Source: Rebecca billardiae RCC1528
Lineage: Eukaryota > Protista > Haptophyta
Reading direction: 5' to 3'
Length of the DNA stretch: 64,000 nt
Assembly (NCBI GenBank): GCA_965240325.2
Contig: OZ251225.1
Location: 2,294,001 to 2,358,000, forward strand
Shown here: in pieces, positions 10,301-23,600 of the stretch
How positions within the stretch are numbered: the stretch's first letter is position 1
How the letters are laid out: the number at the start of each line of letters is the position of its first letter
Program-made: the position numbers and the translations under genes
Notes under the pieces: model-generated
What the model saw: only the letters and a program-made list of their open reading frames with translations
Databases searched by the model: none
What the model was told of the DNA's origin: nothing

Positions 10301-12056
10301 GGATGAGCGCGTGCGCGCTGAGCAGCTTGTCCGCCTCCTCCTTGCGCTCGCCGGTGAGGCCGTCGACGCGCGAGCCGAAGGTGGAGCTCTTCTGCCGCTT
10401 GTGCCACTTGTAGTGCTTGTGCCGGCGCAGCTTGTCCGTGTCCGTCTCGTTGGCGTGCTTGCCGCCGCCCGCCGCGGCCGCCGCGTGCAGGTTGTCCTTG
10501 GTGCCGGTCAGCGCGCGCGTCGCCATCGTCGCGAGGCTCTTCGAGCGCTGGGCCACGAGCTTGGCCGCGGTGTTGAGCGAGTTGACAAAGTCGCTCCGGT
10601 TGCGGAAGTCCGTGTACGTGCCGTCCATCAGGTCGGCGGGCGGGCCGACGCGCACGACCTCGCCCAGCTCGTCGAGCGCGAGCAGCCACGGCAGCGGCTT
10701 GCCGTCGGGCGTGACCGGCGCGCGCACCGCCGCCGCCTCCGAGCCGAAGAGCACGATGGGGAGCGTGTCGGAGAAGGCCACCTGCATGGACTGCCCCTTC
10801 GAGCCGATCACGACCACGCCCGGCTCGAGCGAGCAGTGCGCCTGGATGCCGAACGAGCCCTCCGCGCGCGCGAGCAGCTCGGTGAGCGACACGTAGAGGT
10901 CGGAGCGCAGGAAGCCGCGGATCGTCTGGTGCACAAACGACCGGACCTGCTTGCCCGTCCACTTGCCCGCGCCCTGCATGACGGCCTCGCGCGCGGCGCG
11001 GTCGGAGAGCTGCGAGATCACGTCCTCGCGCAGCCCCGCCACCGCCTCGAGGTTGATCGTGTACCGCCCCGGGTTGAGCACGAACGGCTTGATCAGCTTG
11101 GTGTCCCACCGCTCCCACGCGGCCTCGAAGAGCGGCGCCCACTTGTGGAACCACACCGACGCCGCGGGCATGTGGTGGAAGGGCGCGTCCTTGGAGAGCG
11201 GCTCGCCGCCGGTGATGTCGGTCGGGTTGGAGCAGATCACGCGCAGCCACGCGAGCCGCGCCGCCGGGCCCCACCGCCCCTGCACGCGCAGGATGTCCAT
11301 CATGCCCGCCAGCTTGGGCGAGTCGCCCGACGTCGAGTTGGGCGCCTGCAGCACGCGCTCGATCCACAGCCCGAGCTCGGCGTTGAGCACCTGCCCGCCG
11401 TACGCCTCGAGCGCGTCGAAGTCGCCGTTGTGCGTGAGGTGCACTGTCACGCGCTCGCGGATCGGCATGAGCTCGCCCTCCTGCTCGTCCCACACCCACA
11501 CCGTCTCCTTGGGCCGCTTCTGCGGGCGCATTCCGAACGGCACGAGCTTGGCGACCGGGCCGAGGACCCCGCGCGCCTCGCCGTCCTGCGCGTAGCCCGA
11601 GTCGTACCAGTCGTGCGGGTGGAGCTCGGGGAGCGTGTTGACCGAGCCCGTCGCGAAGCGCGTGTGCCCGATCACCGAGAGCGCCAGCGTGCCCTTCGCC
11701 GTCCCCTTCGGGCACGAGCGGTTGAACATGGACTTGAGGTCGTCGGCGAGCGGGTAGCGCTTGCGCGCGACCGCGCGCACGCGCGCCATCTTGGGGTGCT
11801 CGGGGGCGGAGAGCTTGGACTCGAACGCCGAGAGCCCGCCCGCCTGCCCGCCGCGCACCTCGGTCGCCGCGACCATGTGGCGCAGGATGTCGCCCGGCTT
11901 GTTGAGGCCGTGCACGCCCGTGCCGCCGGCGGTGGTCTTGAGCGCGCTCGCCTGCGGCTCGGTGCCCTCCTCCTGCGGCCCGGTGGGCACGACCTTGATC
12001 TCGATCTGGCCGGTCTCCGACGAGACGGTGATCAGAAGCCCGAGGTTGCCACACAT
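7373..12056 (-). CDS. GlmS/GFAT-like class II (Ntn) glutamine amidotransferase with SIS domains and two inserted TM helices (~1,384 aa); introns 9702-9860, 8327-8549, 8106-8252
   Basis: N-terminal MCG, IGHTRFATGS, LTHNGDF, SIS motif LLVSHSGQTFPT (GlmS: ISQSGETADT). Hydrophobic segments WIVLCLVGAYVIASVTLG and GFTVLGFVVRFLDALIYVYCG. Three GTGCGC..GCAG introns give a continuous frame. Confidence 0.8.
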
Positions 12057-12145
12057 CTTCTCGCCCGGGTGTGGTTGAAGTAGGGGAGAGGGGAGGTTGA
12101 TGAGGTGGACCCTGGATGCGTGCCCAGGCAGCCCTTCGTCGTCGG

Positions 12146-12194
12146 GCGGAGAGGGAATCTACCGTACGACGAGCGGAGAGGGAATCTACCGTAC
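12146..12194. repeat. 22-bp direct repeat x2 (period 27) upstream of the GlmS-like gene
   Basis: GCGGAGAGGGAATCTACCGTAC at 12146-12167 and 12173-12194. Confidence 0.85.
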
Positions 12195-12306
12195 CGGAAC
12201 GAGGCTGATCAAGAAGGTGCGCAAGCGGTGCCAAAGGACGCCATTGCCATTAATCAAATACCCAGTGCTATTAATTTGTGCAGCGTATGAACGCCAGACG
12301 CGGCCA

Positions 12307-12340
12307 TCGTGCCTGTGTCTTTAAATCGGTAGAATTGGTC
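12307..12340 (+). repeat. Dispersed repeat family, conserved terminus (copy 1, shortest match)
   Basis: TCGTGCCTGTGTCTTTAAATCGGTAGAATTGGTC matches the copies at 45476, 46551 and 52611. Confidence 0.75.
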
Positions 12341-12832
12341 CGGCCCTCAAAGATTCGTCGTGTTCTCGTCGGTTCAGGGTATGAGTACGGTAGCAAATAT
12401 GCTTATGCAAAACCATCCGGTTTGTTGAATCTCTAATCAGCAGCCAATTGACGAAGCCACTCACCATGACTTGTCCGGATGAGATACATATCACATTCGG
12501 ATGAGATATGACCTTAATTAGCAGGGACTTCATTGACGGAATTGCGAAAATTATCCAAGGTTGATTCCCATCCTATGATTGTATTAGTCATTGTAGATAG
12601 TCGTTGTTCCTTCTGCACTGGATGCTACTTGCTAAATATTGAGATACGGTGTGCGCATCTTGCTGGGCGACGAAAACATGATTCCGTCCCGCACATCTTG
12701 CAACCGACAAGGCCAAGGGCCGTGACAAGGCCGCGCGATCTGGCGGATCCCACGCGACCGCACACGACTGCCCATCATCACACCTGGACTCACTTCGCAC
12801 GGCCGCATCCCGCCACGTGCATTCTGAGCACC

Positions 12833-14373
12833 ATGACGCGAGCGCGAACGGCAGCGGCGGCGGATGGTGTTCGGTTCGAGGCTTGCCGTGGCCCGTGCGA
12901 CGACCCAACGACCGCATCTCCACCTCGCCGTCGTGGCTGCTCCTCCTGGCTTGCGCTCGCTGTGACGGTCGCGACGGTCGCCACGGCCGCGACGGTCGCG
13001 CTGGCCGCACACCAACCTGATGACTCGTGGCTGCAGCCGCAGAGCGCGACGGAGAAGGAGACCACGCTGTCTACATCACAACGCGTGTGTTCGGCCGGCT
13101 CTACCAACTCCGTGTGGAGCATCCACGAGAAGGAAACGTGCGCGCGTGCGCCCGTCGTGCGCACGAGTACACCCTCCTCGTATGCGCGTGAGCGTGCGCG
13201 CGTGAGACCAGCCAGCGTCTGGCCACGCCAACCCGCGCTGTCCACCGCTTCGCTCACCCTTTGCGCTGTCCCGCGCCCCTGATCGCTATGCGCGCGCGCT
13301 GCCTCCCAGCCCGCTCAGCCCAGACGGCGGGAACTCCGTCGGATTCGTGGCGGACGTGTCGAGCGTGACGACTCGCACTTCGTGGAGTCGCTCTTCTTCT
13401 CCGGAGGTGTCTTCTGCTGCCGGGCGGTGGAGGAAGCCCGCGCGCCAAGGGGGAGCCGGCGATGAGCGCGCCGCGGCATCCGACGACGAGGTTGAGCTCA
13501 AGACGGCCATGCACGATTGGTGCGAGCGCGCCCTCCAGCGCTGCCCCGGAATCCCGGATACGACCGCGCGGGTCGGCGGCTCGCTCTGTCTGTACTGTGC
13601 GAGTGTCGGCCGCGTCCGACTGACTGCCGGCCACAGCGTGGACGCGCAGCGAACGGCTCCGGTGCTGCGTCCGGGCTGGCGCGGCACTCACCCTACCCCA
13701 TTCTGATTGCCGCTTCCCACCCGCCCGCCCGCCCGCCCCGTGCGCACGCCCCCTGTGCTTCGCACGCAGCTCGCTCGCCGCCGCCGCCCTGATCAGCGCC
13801 AAGTCCAAGGACATCCGACGCGCTCGCCCAGAGGGCGCGGCTCTCTGCTACGACGCGCTCCACGCAGCTCGCGACCAGGTGCGATGCCACGGCGTGCTGG
13901 TGCGTGGCATCTGCATCCGCTGCTCGCGCGCGCGACTGCGCTGCGCCCCACAGCACGCAGCGCGGGAAAAGGCTGCGCTTGAGGGCGGAGGCGCTGCGCC
14001 TCGCCCAGCGCCCGCGGCGCGCGCCCGCGACGCGCACCCGCTAACCAGCGTACAGCGCGCGCCGATCCCCGTCTCCCCGTGCTGGCGCGGCTCGTGGCAC
14101 GCGCGCAGCCCACACTCTCATCGCGCGCAGGCGAGGCTGGCGGGGCGGGCCGCCTCGGCGCCCCGTCGCCGCACTCGACGCCGTCGCGGAGGCGGCGCAC
14201 GCCCTCGCGGCCACCCCGCTGTCCGGTTTCGACGAGCTCGACGCCCAGCCGGACTCGTGCTTGGCCGTCCATGCGCCAGCTCCGACGTGCGCGGCGGCGC
14301 GGCGTCGTACGCGCGGAGCATCGGGCGCCTCAGGCGCGGCGCCGTGCGCCTCATGGCTCGAGCAAGCCTGCTG
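12833..14373 (+). CDS. Putative upstream exons: either a separate small gene or 5' exons of the giant polycystin-like gene; structure unresolved
   Basis: ATG 12833 followed by a hydrophobic segment WLALAVTVATVATAATVALAA. GTGCG donor-like sites near 13138, 13520, 13879 and 14374, with CAG acceptor candidates. I could not reconcile the phases unambiguously. Confidence 0.35.
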
Positions 14374-14686
14374 GTGCGCGCTCGACCGCCGAGCCCCGAG
14401 CACGCGTCTGATGCGCTCCCCTCCGCACGACCGCGCGCTCATGAGTTCCCCCCCCCGACCTTCCCCCCCGTCGCCGCCTGTTCGCGCCCTCGCGCTCGCT
14501 TGCCACAGCAGTGGCAGGAGTGGTGGTGCGGTGGTGCAGAACGTGCTGTCGATTGCAACCCTGCTGCTGTCCGCCCTCAGCGCGGCGTCGCTGCTGCTCG
14601 CGCACGCGCGGCGGAAGCAGGCGCTTGCCGCCAAGGCGCAGTACCATGCCAGGACCAACCAGAGCACCAGCCGAGCTGCGACCAAC

Positions 14687-17600
14687 ATGGCTGTCGTTAC
14701 TCTGCTCGCACTTGCTGACCACGCTGCGGCGGGGTCCGTTTTCACGTATGTGACGGGGACGTCATGTGGGACTGCGCTTCCATCTGCGACTCTTACTTTG
14801 GGTCCTTCTTCAGGCTGTGGCTGGGCTTACACGGGATCATCTTTTTGCACCATTGGTGGCGGCTTGCAATGGGACATCAACGTGCAGAGTATGGGAGGCA
14901 GGTCATACGTTCGTGTTATGCCCGGCATTACGGTTCCCGGCCCCAACAACTATGGCATCACGTGGGACTCGAACGGCTTCGTCAGCACGACTGATTTCGG
15001 CTACGTCGCGAACCACCCGAGCATCTCCTACAGCACAGGGAACAGGCTCAGAATCACCATCGCCCCCGTGCCACAGTTTATAAATTTCGCCAAGTTTTCC
15101 AGCTCCGGCTCCTTCTTGGCCTCGGTGGACGTATTCGATTTCACGGGCGCAGTCCCGTGGATGGGCTTGTGGCGGTTTGTGTCTACTTCGGACAGCACGA
15201 TGCAGCTGACAATCACATCTTTCAGCAATAGCTGCGTGGGCTCACCGCCACCACCCAGGCCACCACCCAGCCCACCACCCAGCCCGTCGCCCCCGCCGCC
15301 ACCCTCGCCGCCACCGAGCCCCCCGCCGCCGAGCCCGCCACCGAGCCCGCCGCCCAGCCCACCGCCGCCCTCGCAGCCGCCCTCACCGCCGCCATCTCCG
15401 CCGCCGTCGCCGCCGCCCAGCCCGCCACCACCGCCATCGCCACCCCCATCTCCACCGCCCTCGCCGCCACCCAGCCCGCCACCGCCCCCCTCACCACCCC
15501 CATCTCCGCCGCCATCGCCGCCGCCAAGCCAACCGCCATCGCCACCACCGAGCCCGCCGCCGAGCCCACCGCCGAGCCCGCCGCCGTCGCCGCCGCCGAG
15601 CCCGCCGCCGAGCCCGCCGCCGAGCCCACCGCCGAGCCCACCGCCGTCGCCACCGCCAATCCCGCCACCGATCCCGCCGCCATCGCCACCGCCGTCGCCA
15701 CCGCCGAGCCTGCCTCCGTCTCCACCGCCGAGCCCGCCACCGTCGCCACCGCCGAGCCCGCCGCCGAGCCCGCCGCCGAGCCCGCCGCCGAGCCCACCAC
15801 CGTCGCCACCGCCAAGCCCGCCGCCGAGCCCGCCACCATCGCCACCGCCAAGCCCGCCGCCGAGCCCGCCGCCCAGCCCGCCACCGAGCCCGCCCCCGTC
15901 GCCGCCACCGAGCCCGCCACCGAGCCCGCCACCGTCGCCACCACCGAGTCCGCCGCCGAGCCCGCCGCCGAGCCCGCCGCCGAGTCCGCCGCCAAGCCCG
16001 CCGCCATCACCGCCGCCATCACCACCGCCGAGCCCGCCGCCCTCACCGCCGCCGAGCCCGCCGCCGAGCCCGCCGCCGAGCCCGCCACCGAGCCCGCCGC
16101 CGAGCCCGCCGCCAAGCCCGCCGCCATCACCCCCGCCATCACCACCGCCGAGCCCACCGCCATCACCGCCGCCATCACCACCGCCGAGCCCACCGCCCTC
16201 CCCCCCCCCGAGCCCACCGCCGAGCCCGCCGCCTAGCCCACCGCCGAGCCCGCCACCGTCTCCACCGCCGAGCCCGCCACCGTCGCCACCGCCGAGCCCG
16301 CCGCCGAGCCCGCCGCCGAGCCCGCCGCCGAGCCCACCACCGTCGCCACCGCCAAGCCCGCCGCCGAGCCCGCCACCATCGCCACCGCCAAGCCCGCCGC
16401 CGAGCCCGCCGCCGAGCCCGCCGCCCAGCCCGCCACCGAGCCCGCCCCCGTCGCCGCCACCGAGCCCGCCACCGTCGCCACCACCGAGCCCGCCGCCGAG
16501 CCCGCCGCCAAGCCCGCCGCCGAGTCCGCCGCCGAGCCCGCCGCCGTCGCCTCCGCCGTCGCCACCACCAAGCCCGCCGCCGAGCCCGCCGCCGAGCCCA
16601 CCGCCCAGCCCACCGCCGAGTCCGCCGCCGTCGCCGCCGCCGAGCCCGCCGCCAAGCCCACCGCCAAGCCCACCGCCCGCGCCGCCGCCAAGCCCACCAC
16701 CCAGCCCGCCGCCAAGCCCGCCGCCATCACCGCCACCGAGTCCGCCTCCGAGTCCGCCGCCCTCACCGCCGCCCAGCCCGCCACCGAGCCCACCACCGAG
16801 CCCACCGCCATCGCCACCACCGAGCCCACCCCCATCGCCACCTCCAAGCCCACCACCCAGCCCGCCGCCGAGCCCGCCGCCGTCACCGCCGCCATCGCCA
16901 CCCCCGAGCCCGCCACCATCGCCACCGCCGAGCCCGCCGCCGAGCCCACCGCCGTCGCCACCGCCAAGCCCGCCGCCGAGCCCTCCGCCGTCGCCACCGC
17001 CGAGCCCGCCACCGAGCCCGCCGCCAAGCCCGCCGCCGTCGCCACCACCGAGTCCGCCGCCGAGCCCACCACCGTCGCCGCCGCCTTCGCCACCGCCGAG
17101 CCCGCCGCCGAGCCCGCCACCGTCGCCACCGCCAAGCCCGCCGCCGAGCCCGCCGCCCAGCCCGCCACCGAGCCCGCCCCCGTCGCCGCCACCGAGCCCG
17201 CCACCGAGCCCGCCACCGTCGCCACCACCGAGTCCGCCGCCGAGCCCACCACCGTCGCCGCCGCCTTCGCCACCGCCGAGCCCGCCGCCGAGCCCGCCAC
17301 CATCGCCACCGCCAAGCCCGCCGCCGAGCCCGCCGCCAAGCCCGCCGCCAAGCCCGCCACCGAGCCCGCCCCCGTCGCCGCCACCGAGCCCGCCACCGTC
17401 GCCACCACCGAGTCCGCCGCCGAGCCCGCCGCCGAGCCCGCCGCCGAGCCCGCCGCCGAGCCCGCCGCCGTCGCCACCGCCGTCGCCACCACCAAGCCCG
17501 CCGCCGAGCCCGCCGCCGAGCCCGCCACCGTCGCCACCGCCAAGCCCGCCGCCGAGCCCGCCGCCGAGCCCGCCGCCGTCGCCGCCGCCGTCGCCACCGC

Positions 17601-20600
17601 CGTCGCCACCGCCATCACCTCCACCGAGCCCGCCGCCGAGCCCGCCACCGAGCCCGCCCCCGTCTCCACCGCCCTCGCCGCCGCCATCACCGCCTCCAAG
17701 CCCGCCGCCGAGCCCGCCGCCGAGCCCGCCGCCGAGCCCGCCGCCGTCTCCACCGCCGTCACCACCGCCGAGCCCGCCGCCGAGCCCGCCGCCGAGCCCG
17801 CCGCCGAGCCCGCCCCCGTCGTCGCCGCCGAGCCCGCCGCCAAGTCCACCACCATCACCTCCGCCGAGCCCGCCGCCGAGCCCGCCACCGAGCCCGCCCC
17901 CGTCTCCACCGCCCTCGCCGCCGCCATCACCGCCTCCAAGCCCGCCACCGAGCCCGCCTCCGAGCCCGCCACCGAGCCCGCCCCCGTCTCCACCGCCCTC
18001 GCCTCCGCCATCGCCGCCCCCAAGCCCGCCTCCGTCGCCGCCACCAAGTCCACCGCCCTCGCCACCGCCGTCCCCACCGCCGTCGCCACCGCCGAGCCCG
18101 CCACCGAGCCCACCACCGAGCCCGCCGCCGTCGCCCCCGCCGTCCCCGCCGCCGAGCCCACCGCCGTCACCGCCACCAAGCCCGCCGCCCTCGCCGCCGC
18201 CGAGCCCACCGCCATCACCGCCGCCGAGCCCGCCGCCGAGCCCACCGCCAAGCCCGCCGCCGAGTCCGCCGCCAAGCCCGCCGCCGAGCCCACCGCCGAG
18301 TCCGCCACCAAGCCCACCGCCGTCGCCACCACCTGCGCCTCCGCCGAGCCCGCCGCCATCACCGCCGCCGAGCCCGCCGCCGAGCCCACCGCCGAGCCCT
18401 CCGCCGTCGCCTCCGCCGAGCCCACCGCCATCACCGCCGCCGTCGCCGCCACCGAGCCCGCCGCCGTATCCGCCGCCCGGCCCGCCGCCGTCACCTCCGC
18501 CGTCGCCTCCGCCGGACGCGCCGCCGTCGCCGCCGCCGTCGCCACCGCCGAGCCCGCCGCCACGGCCGCCGCCGAGCCCGCCGCCCAGCCCGCCGCCCAG
18601 CCCGCCGCCGTCGCCGCCGCCGACCGTGCCCGCGCCCCCGCCTCTACCACCGCCGCCCAGCCCGCCGCCGCGCGCGCCGCCGAGCTCGCCGCCCGCGCGG
18701 CCGCCACCGCCACCGTCGCTGCCGCCACCTCCACGACCGCCGCCGTCGCCGCCGCCGCCGCCGCGCGCCGAGCCCTTCCCGCCGCCGTCGCCGCCCTCCT
18801 CTCCTCCGCACCCGCCGCCGTCGCTGCCGCCGTCGCCGCCGCCCAGCCCGCCGCCGCCGCCACCGCCCAGCCCGCCACCCAGCCCGCCGCCGCCGCGTCC
18901 GCCGCCCAGCCCGCCACCGTCGCCGCCACCCAGCCCGCCGCCGCCCCGCCCGCCGCCGAATCCGCCGCCGCCCTCGCCCTCGCCGCCGCCGCCGCCGCCC
19001 TCGCCACCGCCCTCGCCGCAGCCGCCGCCGTCGCTGCCCCCGCCGCCACGCGCAGAGCCCTTGCCGCCGCCGCTCCCGCCGTCGCCGCCGCCGAGCGCGC
19101 CGCCCTCGCCGCCGCCGTCTCCGCCGCCCTCGCCGCCCGGCTCCCGGACTCTGATCGCCTTCTCCATCGCCGGACCGGTCTCGGAGCTCACGCCGGCGGC
19201 GCTCGACGAGCTGCTCGGCGGCACGCAGGCACTCACGGGCGTCCCCGCCGCGCAGATGCGCGTCCTGGGCATCGTGGGCGGCCCGGCGGGCGCGGCGCGC
19301 GGCGCGATCGTCGCGGTTGACATTGCCCAGCGCGCCGCCGACGGTGCGCCGGTGGACGTGCCTGCGGCGCTGCAGGCGCTCTCGCTCGAGGCGCTGCACG
19401 TGGCGCTTGGCATCGAGCTCGCGGCCAAGCCGGCGCTCGCGTTCGCCGGGTGCACCGAAGGCGCCGCGCTCAACTTCGACCCGACGGCGACGTTCAACGA
19501 CGGCTCGTGCGCCTTCAGCTCGCCGCCGCCCAGCCCGCCCTCGCCGCCGAGCCACCCGCCTCCGCCCAACCCGCCGCCGCCGCCGAGCCCGTCGCCGCCG
19601 CCGCCGCCGAGCCCGCCGCCGCCCAGCCCGCCGCCGCCGCCCGGCTCGCCGCCCGCGCCGCCGCCGCCGCCGCGCGAATCGCCGTACCCGCCGCCGAGCC
19701 CGCCGCTACCCGCCCTCGCGAGGGCCGTCCTCCTCGGGACGAGCCCGCGCGGCGCGGCGGTGGGCGAGGCCACGACCGTCCGAATCGGCGCGGCGGGCCT
19801 CGAGCCCGCGCTGCTCGTCGGCGCCGAGCTCGCGTGTGTGTTCGCGTACGCGGACGGCGAGGGCGGGGACGCCGAGCTTGAGGTGCGCGTCGCCTCGTAC
19901 AGCGCGAGCGAGGTGGTGTGCGCGCCGATCACGCCGCCCGTCGCCGCGTCGGCGGTCGCGGTGCGCGTGCGCTCGGCGGCGTCGGAAGAGGAGGAGGCGA
20001 CCGCGTCGTTCGTCTGGTTCGACGCGTCAGCCGCGAGCTCAGAGGCAGTCAGCCCGCCAGGCGTGCCGCGCGGCGTGGAGGGCCGCACGCTGGTCGTCTT
20101 CGGCGCGGGCTTCTTCGAGCTCGGCGACCTCACGTGCCGCTTCGCCGGCGACGGCTTCGCCCTGAGCGTGCGGGGCACGCTGCGCTCCGCGACCGAGGTG
20201 CGGTGCTCGCTGCCGCTGCTGCCGCTGCCGTCGGGCACGGGCGTGCAGTTGATCCGCGTCGACGTCTCACCGAACGGCCTCTCGTACTTCTCGTCGAGCG
20301 CGACGTTCACGATGTACTCCGCCACGGTCGCGTCGAGCGCCCCCTCCGCTACCTCCGCGAGCAGCCCGGCGGCGGTGACGCTGCGCGGCGGCGGCTTCCT
20401 CGACCTCGGACCGGGCGTGGCCGCGTGCGCGTACACGCGCGTGCACGCGCTCGGCACCGGCGGCGGTGCGGCAGGGGGTGCCGAGCCGTTCTACCGGCGG
20501 GCGAGCGTACTGGACGGGTCGACGGCGGTGTGCCTCGGCGTGCCCGCCGAGCAGGCTGTCCCCGGCGCGCGGTACGCCGTCCGACTCACGCTCAACGGCG

Positions 20601-23600
20601 ACGGCCGCGACCTGCTCTACAACGAGCTCGGCGAGGTCTCGATCCGTCTGTATGACATCGGCACCGTCCGACTTGACGCGGTGGAGCCGGTCGGCGGGCC
20701 GCTGGGCGGCGGCACGCGCGTCACGCTGAGCGGGGAAGGGTTCGGTGGCGAGCTCGCGGGCGACGGACTGTGCTGCACGCTCGACGGCGCGTGCGCCGCG
20801 CCGGCCACGCTGCTGCTCGGCGTGCCGGGCGCGACGACGGTGCGCGCGGCATGCACGCTCCCGCCCGCGGGCGCTCGCGGCGCGGGCGCGCGCGCGCTCG
20901 AGCTCTCGCTCGCCAACGGCGCGCCGGGCACGATGACGAGCGCGGGGTTCCAGTTCGCGTACTACGCGCAGCCGAGCGTCTACTCGGTCTACCCGCGCGA
21001 GGGCCTGCCCCGCGGCGGCCTCGCGGTGACCATCGCGGGCGCGGGCTTCGAGAACCTGCTGAGCGCCGCTAACCTCACGGCGGGCGCGGCCGGGGGCGCG
21101 CTGCGCGTGCGCTTCGGCGAGACGCTGGCGCCCGCGCCGATCAGCGTGGAGGACGAGCGCGTGGTGGTGCGCTCGCCGCTCGGGCTGCCCGAGACGGCTG
21201 TGCCGATCGGCGTCTCGCTCAACGGCCGCGCCTTCGTGCTCGCGGAAGGCGCGCATGCCGCCAACGGCACATTCGCGTATCTGCCGGGCGCGCGCGCGCC
21301 CGCGCTCGCCTCCGCCACCTTCAACGCCGAGGTGACGGCGCTGCGTGTGCAGTTTGACGCGCAGCCGACCGACCGCGCGGGGATGGCGGGCGTCGAGCCG
21401 TGCAGCCTCGTGCTCGACGACCCGACGGTCGCGCGCATCCGCGGCGGCGCCGACGCCGCGCCGGCGTGCTATTGGGCGGACGACACGACCCTAGTCGCAC
21501 TGCTGAACAGCCGGACTGCGATCGCGCCGGGCGACGCGATCGGCCTGCGGGCGGACGTGCTGCGCCCGCGCGGCAGCGGCGTGCCGTGCCCCGACGAGCT
21601 GTGCGCGCGCGGCGCGGTGCAGATCCCACTCGAGGCGGCCGAGGCGTGCGACGGCGGCTGCCCGATCCCGACCGCGCTGCTCGCCGGTCCGAGCACCGTC
21701 TCGGCGTGCCCCGGGCAGACGGTCACGCTCCGCTCGACCGGCTCGGCGGGCGGCGGGATCGTGCCGCTGGCTTACCAGTGGAGCGTGGACACGACCGAGC
21801 TCTCCGCGGCGTCGGCGCTCGCGCTCGCGGAGGAGGTGCAGCGCGCCACCTCGCCGGCGCTCAGCGTCTCGCTCCCGGCCGGAGACCAGTTCAGCTTCGT
21901 GCTGAGGACGCGATCGTTCCTCGGCTTCGAGTCCGCGCGCGCGCGCTTCACCGTGCGCCGCTCGGGCGGGCTCGACCCGGTGGTGAGCGTGCAGGGCCCG
22001 GCGACGCTGAGCGTGCGGCCGGGCGCGGCGACGGTCGTGCAGGCGACGGCGGAGCTCGCGTCGTGCTGGCCGACGGCCGAGCTCTCGCCCGCGATCAACT
22101 TTGGCTGGCGCTTGCTCAGCGCGGCGCCGACCGACGGCTCGGCGGGCGAGGCCGTGCCCGCACCGTTTGGCGCGGCGGCGGGCGTGCGCGCCAAGCTCGA
22201 GCTCGCGCCGTATGCGCTGCGCGCGGGCTACACGTATGAGCTGGAGGCGACGGCGACGATGGCGGCGGACCCGGGGGCAAGCGCGCGCGTGCGCGTGACG
22301 CTGATCGTCGAGTCCCAGCCGGTGCGCGCCGCGATCGCCTCGGGCGACCGCACGCTTTCGATCACCGCCGCCTCGCTCGAGTTCGACGGCACCGGCTCGG
22401 CCGACCTGAACACGGGCGGCGCGGGCGGGCTGGCGTTCCGCTGGGCGGTGGCGCGTGCGGAGGACGGGGCGGCGCTCGAGCTCTCGTCGAGCGGCGCGGT
22501 GCTCGACGCGCCAACGCTCACACTGCCCACCGCCGCGCTGCCCGCGGTCGGCGCGTACGTCGTCTCCCTCTCCGTCGCGAGCGCCGACCTGCGCACCGCC
22601 ACGGCGAGTGTGACGGCCACGCTGGTGAACGACTACGTACCCGCGCTCACGCTCGGCGCCAAGTACGGCGCGGCCAAGTACAACGCGGCGTGGGCGCGGC
22701 CGGAGCGCTCGATCGCGTTCAGCGCCGCGCTCGACGCGCGCGCGCGCGAGCTGCAGGCCTCGGGCAACTTCTCGTTCTCCTTCCGCTGGAGCATGGCCGA
22801 GCTGGTGGGCAGCGCGGCGCAGCCGGCGCGCGGCGCGGACGGGTCGCTCCTCGACGTCGCGGACGCGCGCGTCACCACCACGGGCGACGCCAAGCCGTCG
22901 CTTGTCTTCCGATCGGGCGTGCTCGCGCCGGGCGCGTCGTATGTGCTTCGGCTCGAGGTCGTGGGCGGCGGCCAGCCGGCCACGGCGCAGCTCGGCCTCG
23001 AGATGAACCGCAGCCCGTTCGGCGGCGTGCTCACGGTCTCGCCGCCCGAGGCGGTCGTCTTCACCGCGTTCGCGCTCGGCGCGTCGGGCTGGACCGACGA
23101 CGACGCGGACGACCTGCCGCTGCGCTACCAGTTTGGCTACGTCGCGCCCGGCTCGGCGCTCGAGCAGCGTGTGACGAGCACGCCCGTGCTCGAGCAGAGC
23201 GCCAGCGTGGTGCTGCCGCAGGGCGCGCTCAACGCGACGGTGGTGGTGATCGATCAGTTCGAGGGCGGCGCGCGCGCGCTCCGGCCGGTGCTGGTGCTGC
23301 CGCAGCCCTCGCAGAACGCCTCGGCCGCGACCGCGCGGCGCGTGCTGCAGGATGCGGCGACCGCGATCGGCACGGCAGATGTGGACTCAGCGGTGCAGCT
23401 CGTCGTCGCGGTCGCCGACGCCACCGTCGGCGCCATCGCGAGCGCGGACGGCGCGGCGGCCGCCTCGGTCGTCGGCGCGCTGCTGGGCGTGACGCTCGCC
23501 GCGCTCAACGGCACGCTGGACGCGGGCGGGCGAGCGGGTGTCTCGAACGCTCTGCGCACCGTGCTGGCGGTCCCTGAAGCGCTTGACGCGGTCGCGCAGA

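Noticed and set aside
8008-12234. Long overlapping ORFs (1,408 aa minus, 1,144 aa plus) and similar Arg/Ala-rich ORFs throughout, e.g. 54808-57594
   Set aside because: Alternative-frame artefacts of extreme GC content and GC3 bias; no motifs.
15028-20457. 1,809-aa Gly-rich ORF (GGGL/GGGD) on the minus strand and the 938-aa Ala-rich ORF
   Set aside because: Antisense shadows of the SPPP array; the plus frame continues into recognisable domains.
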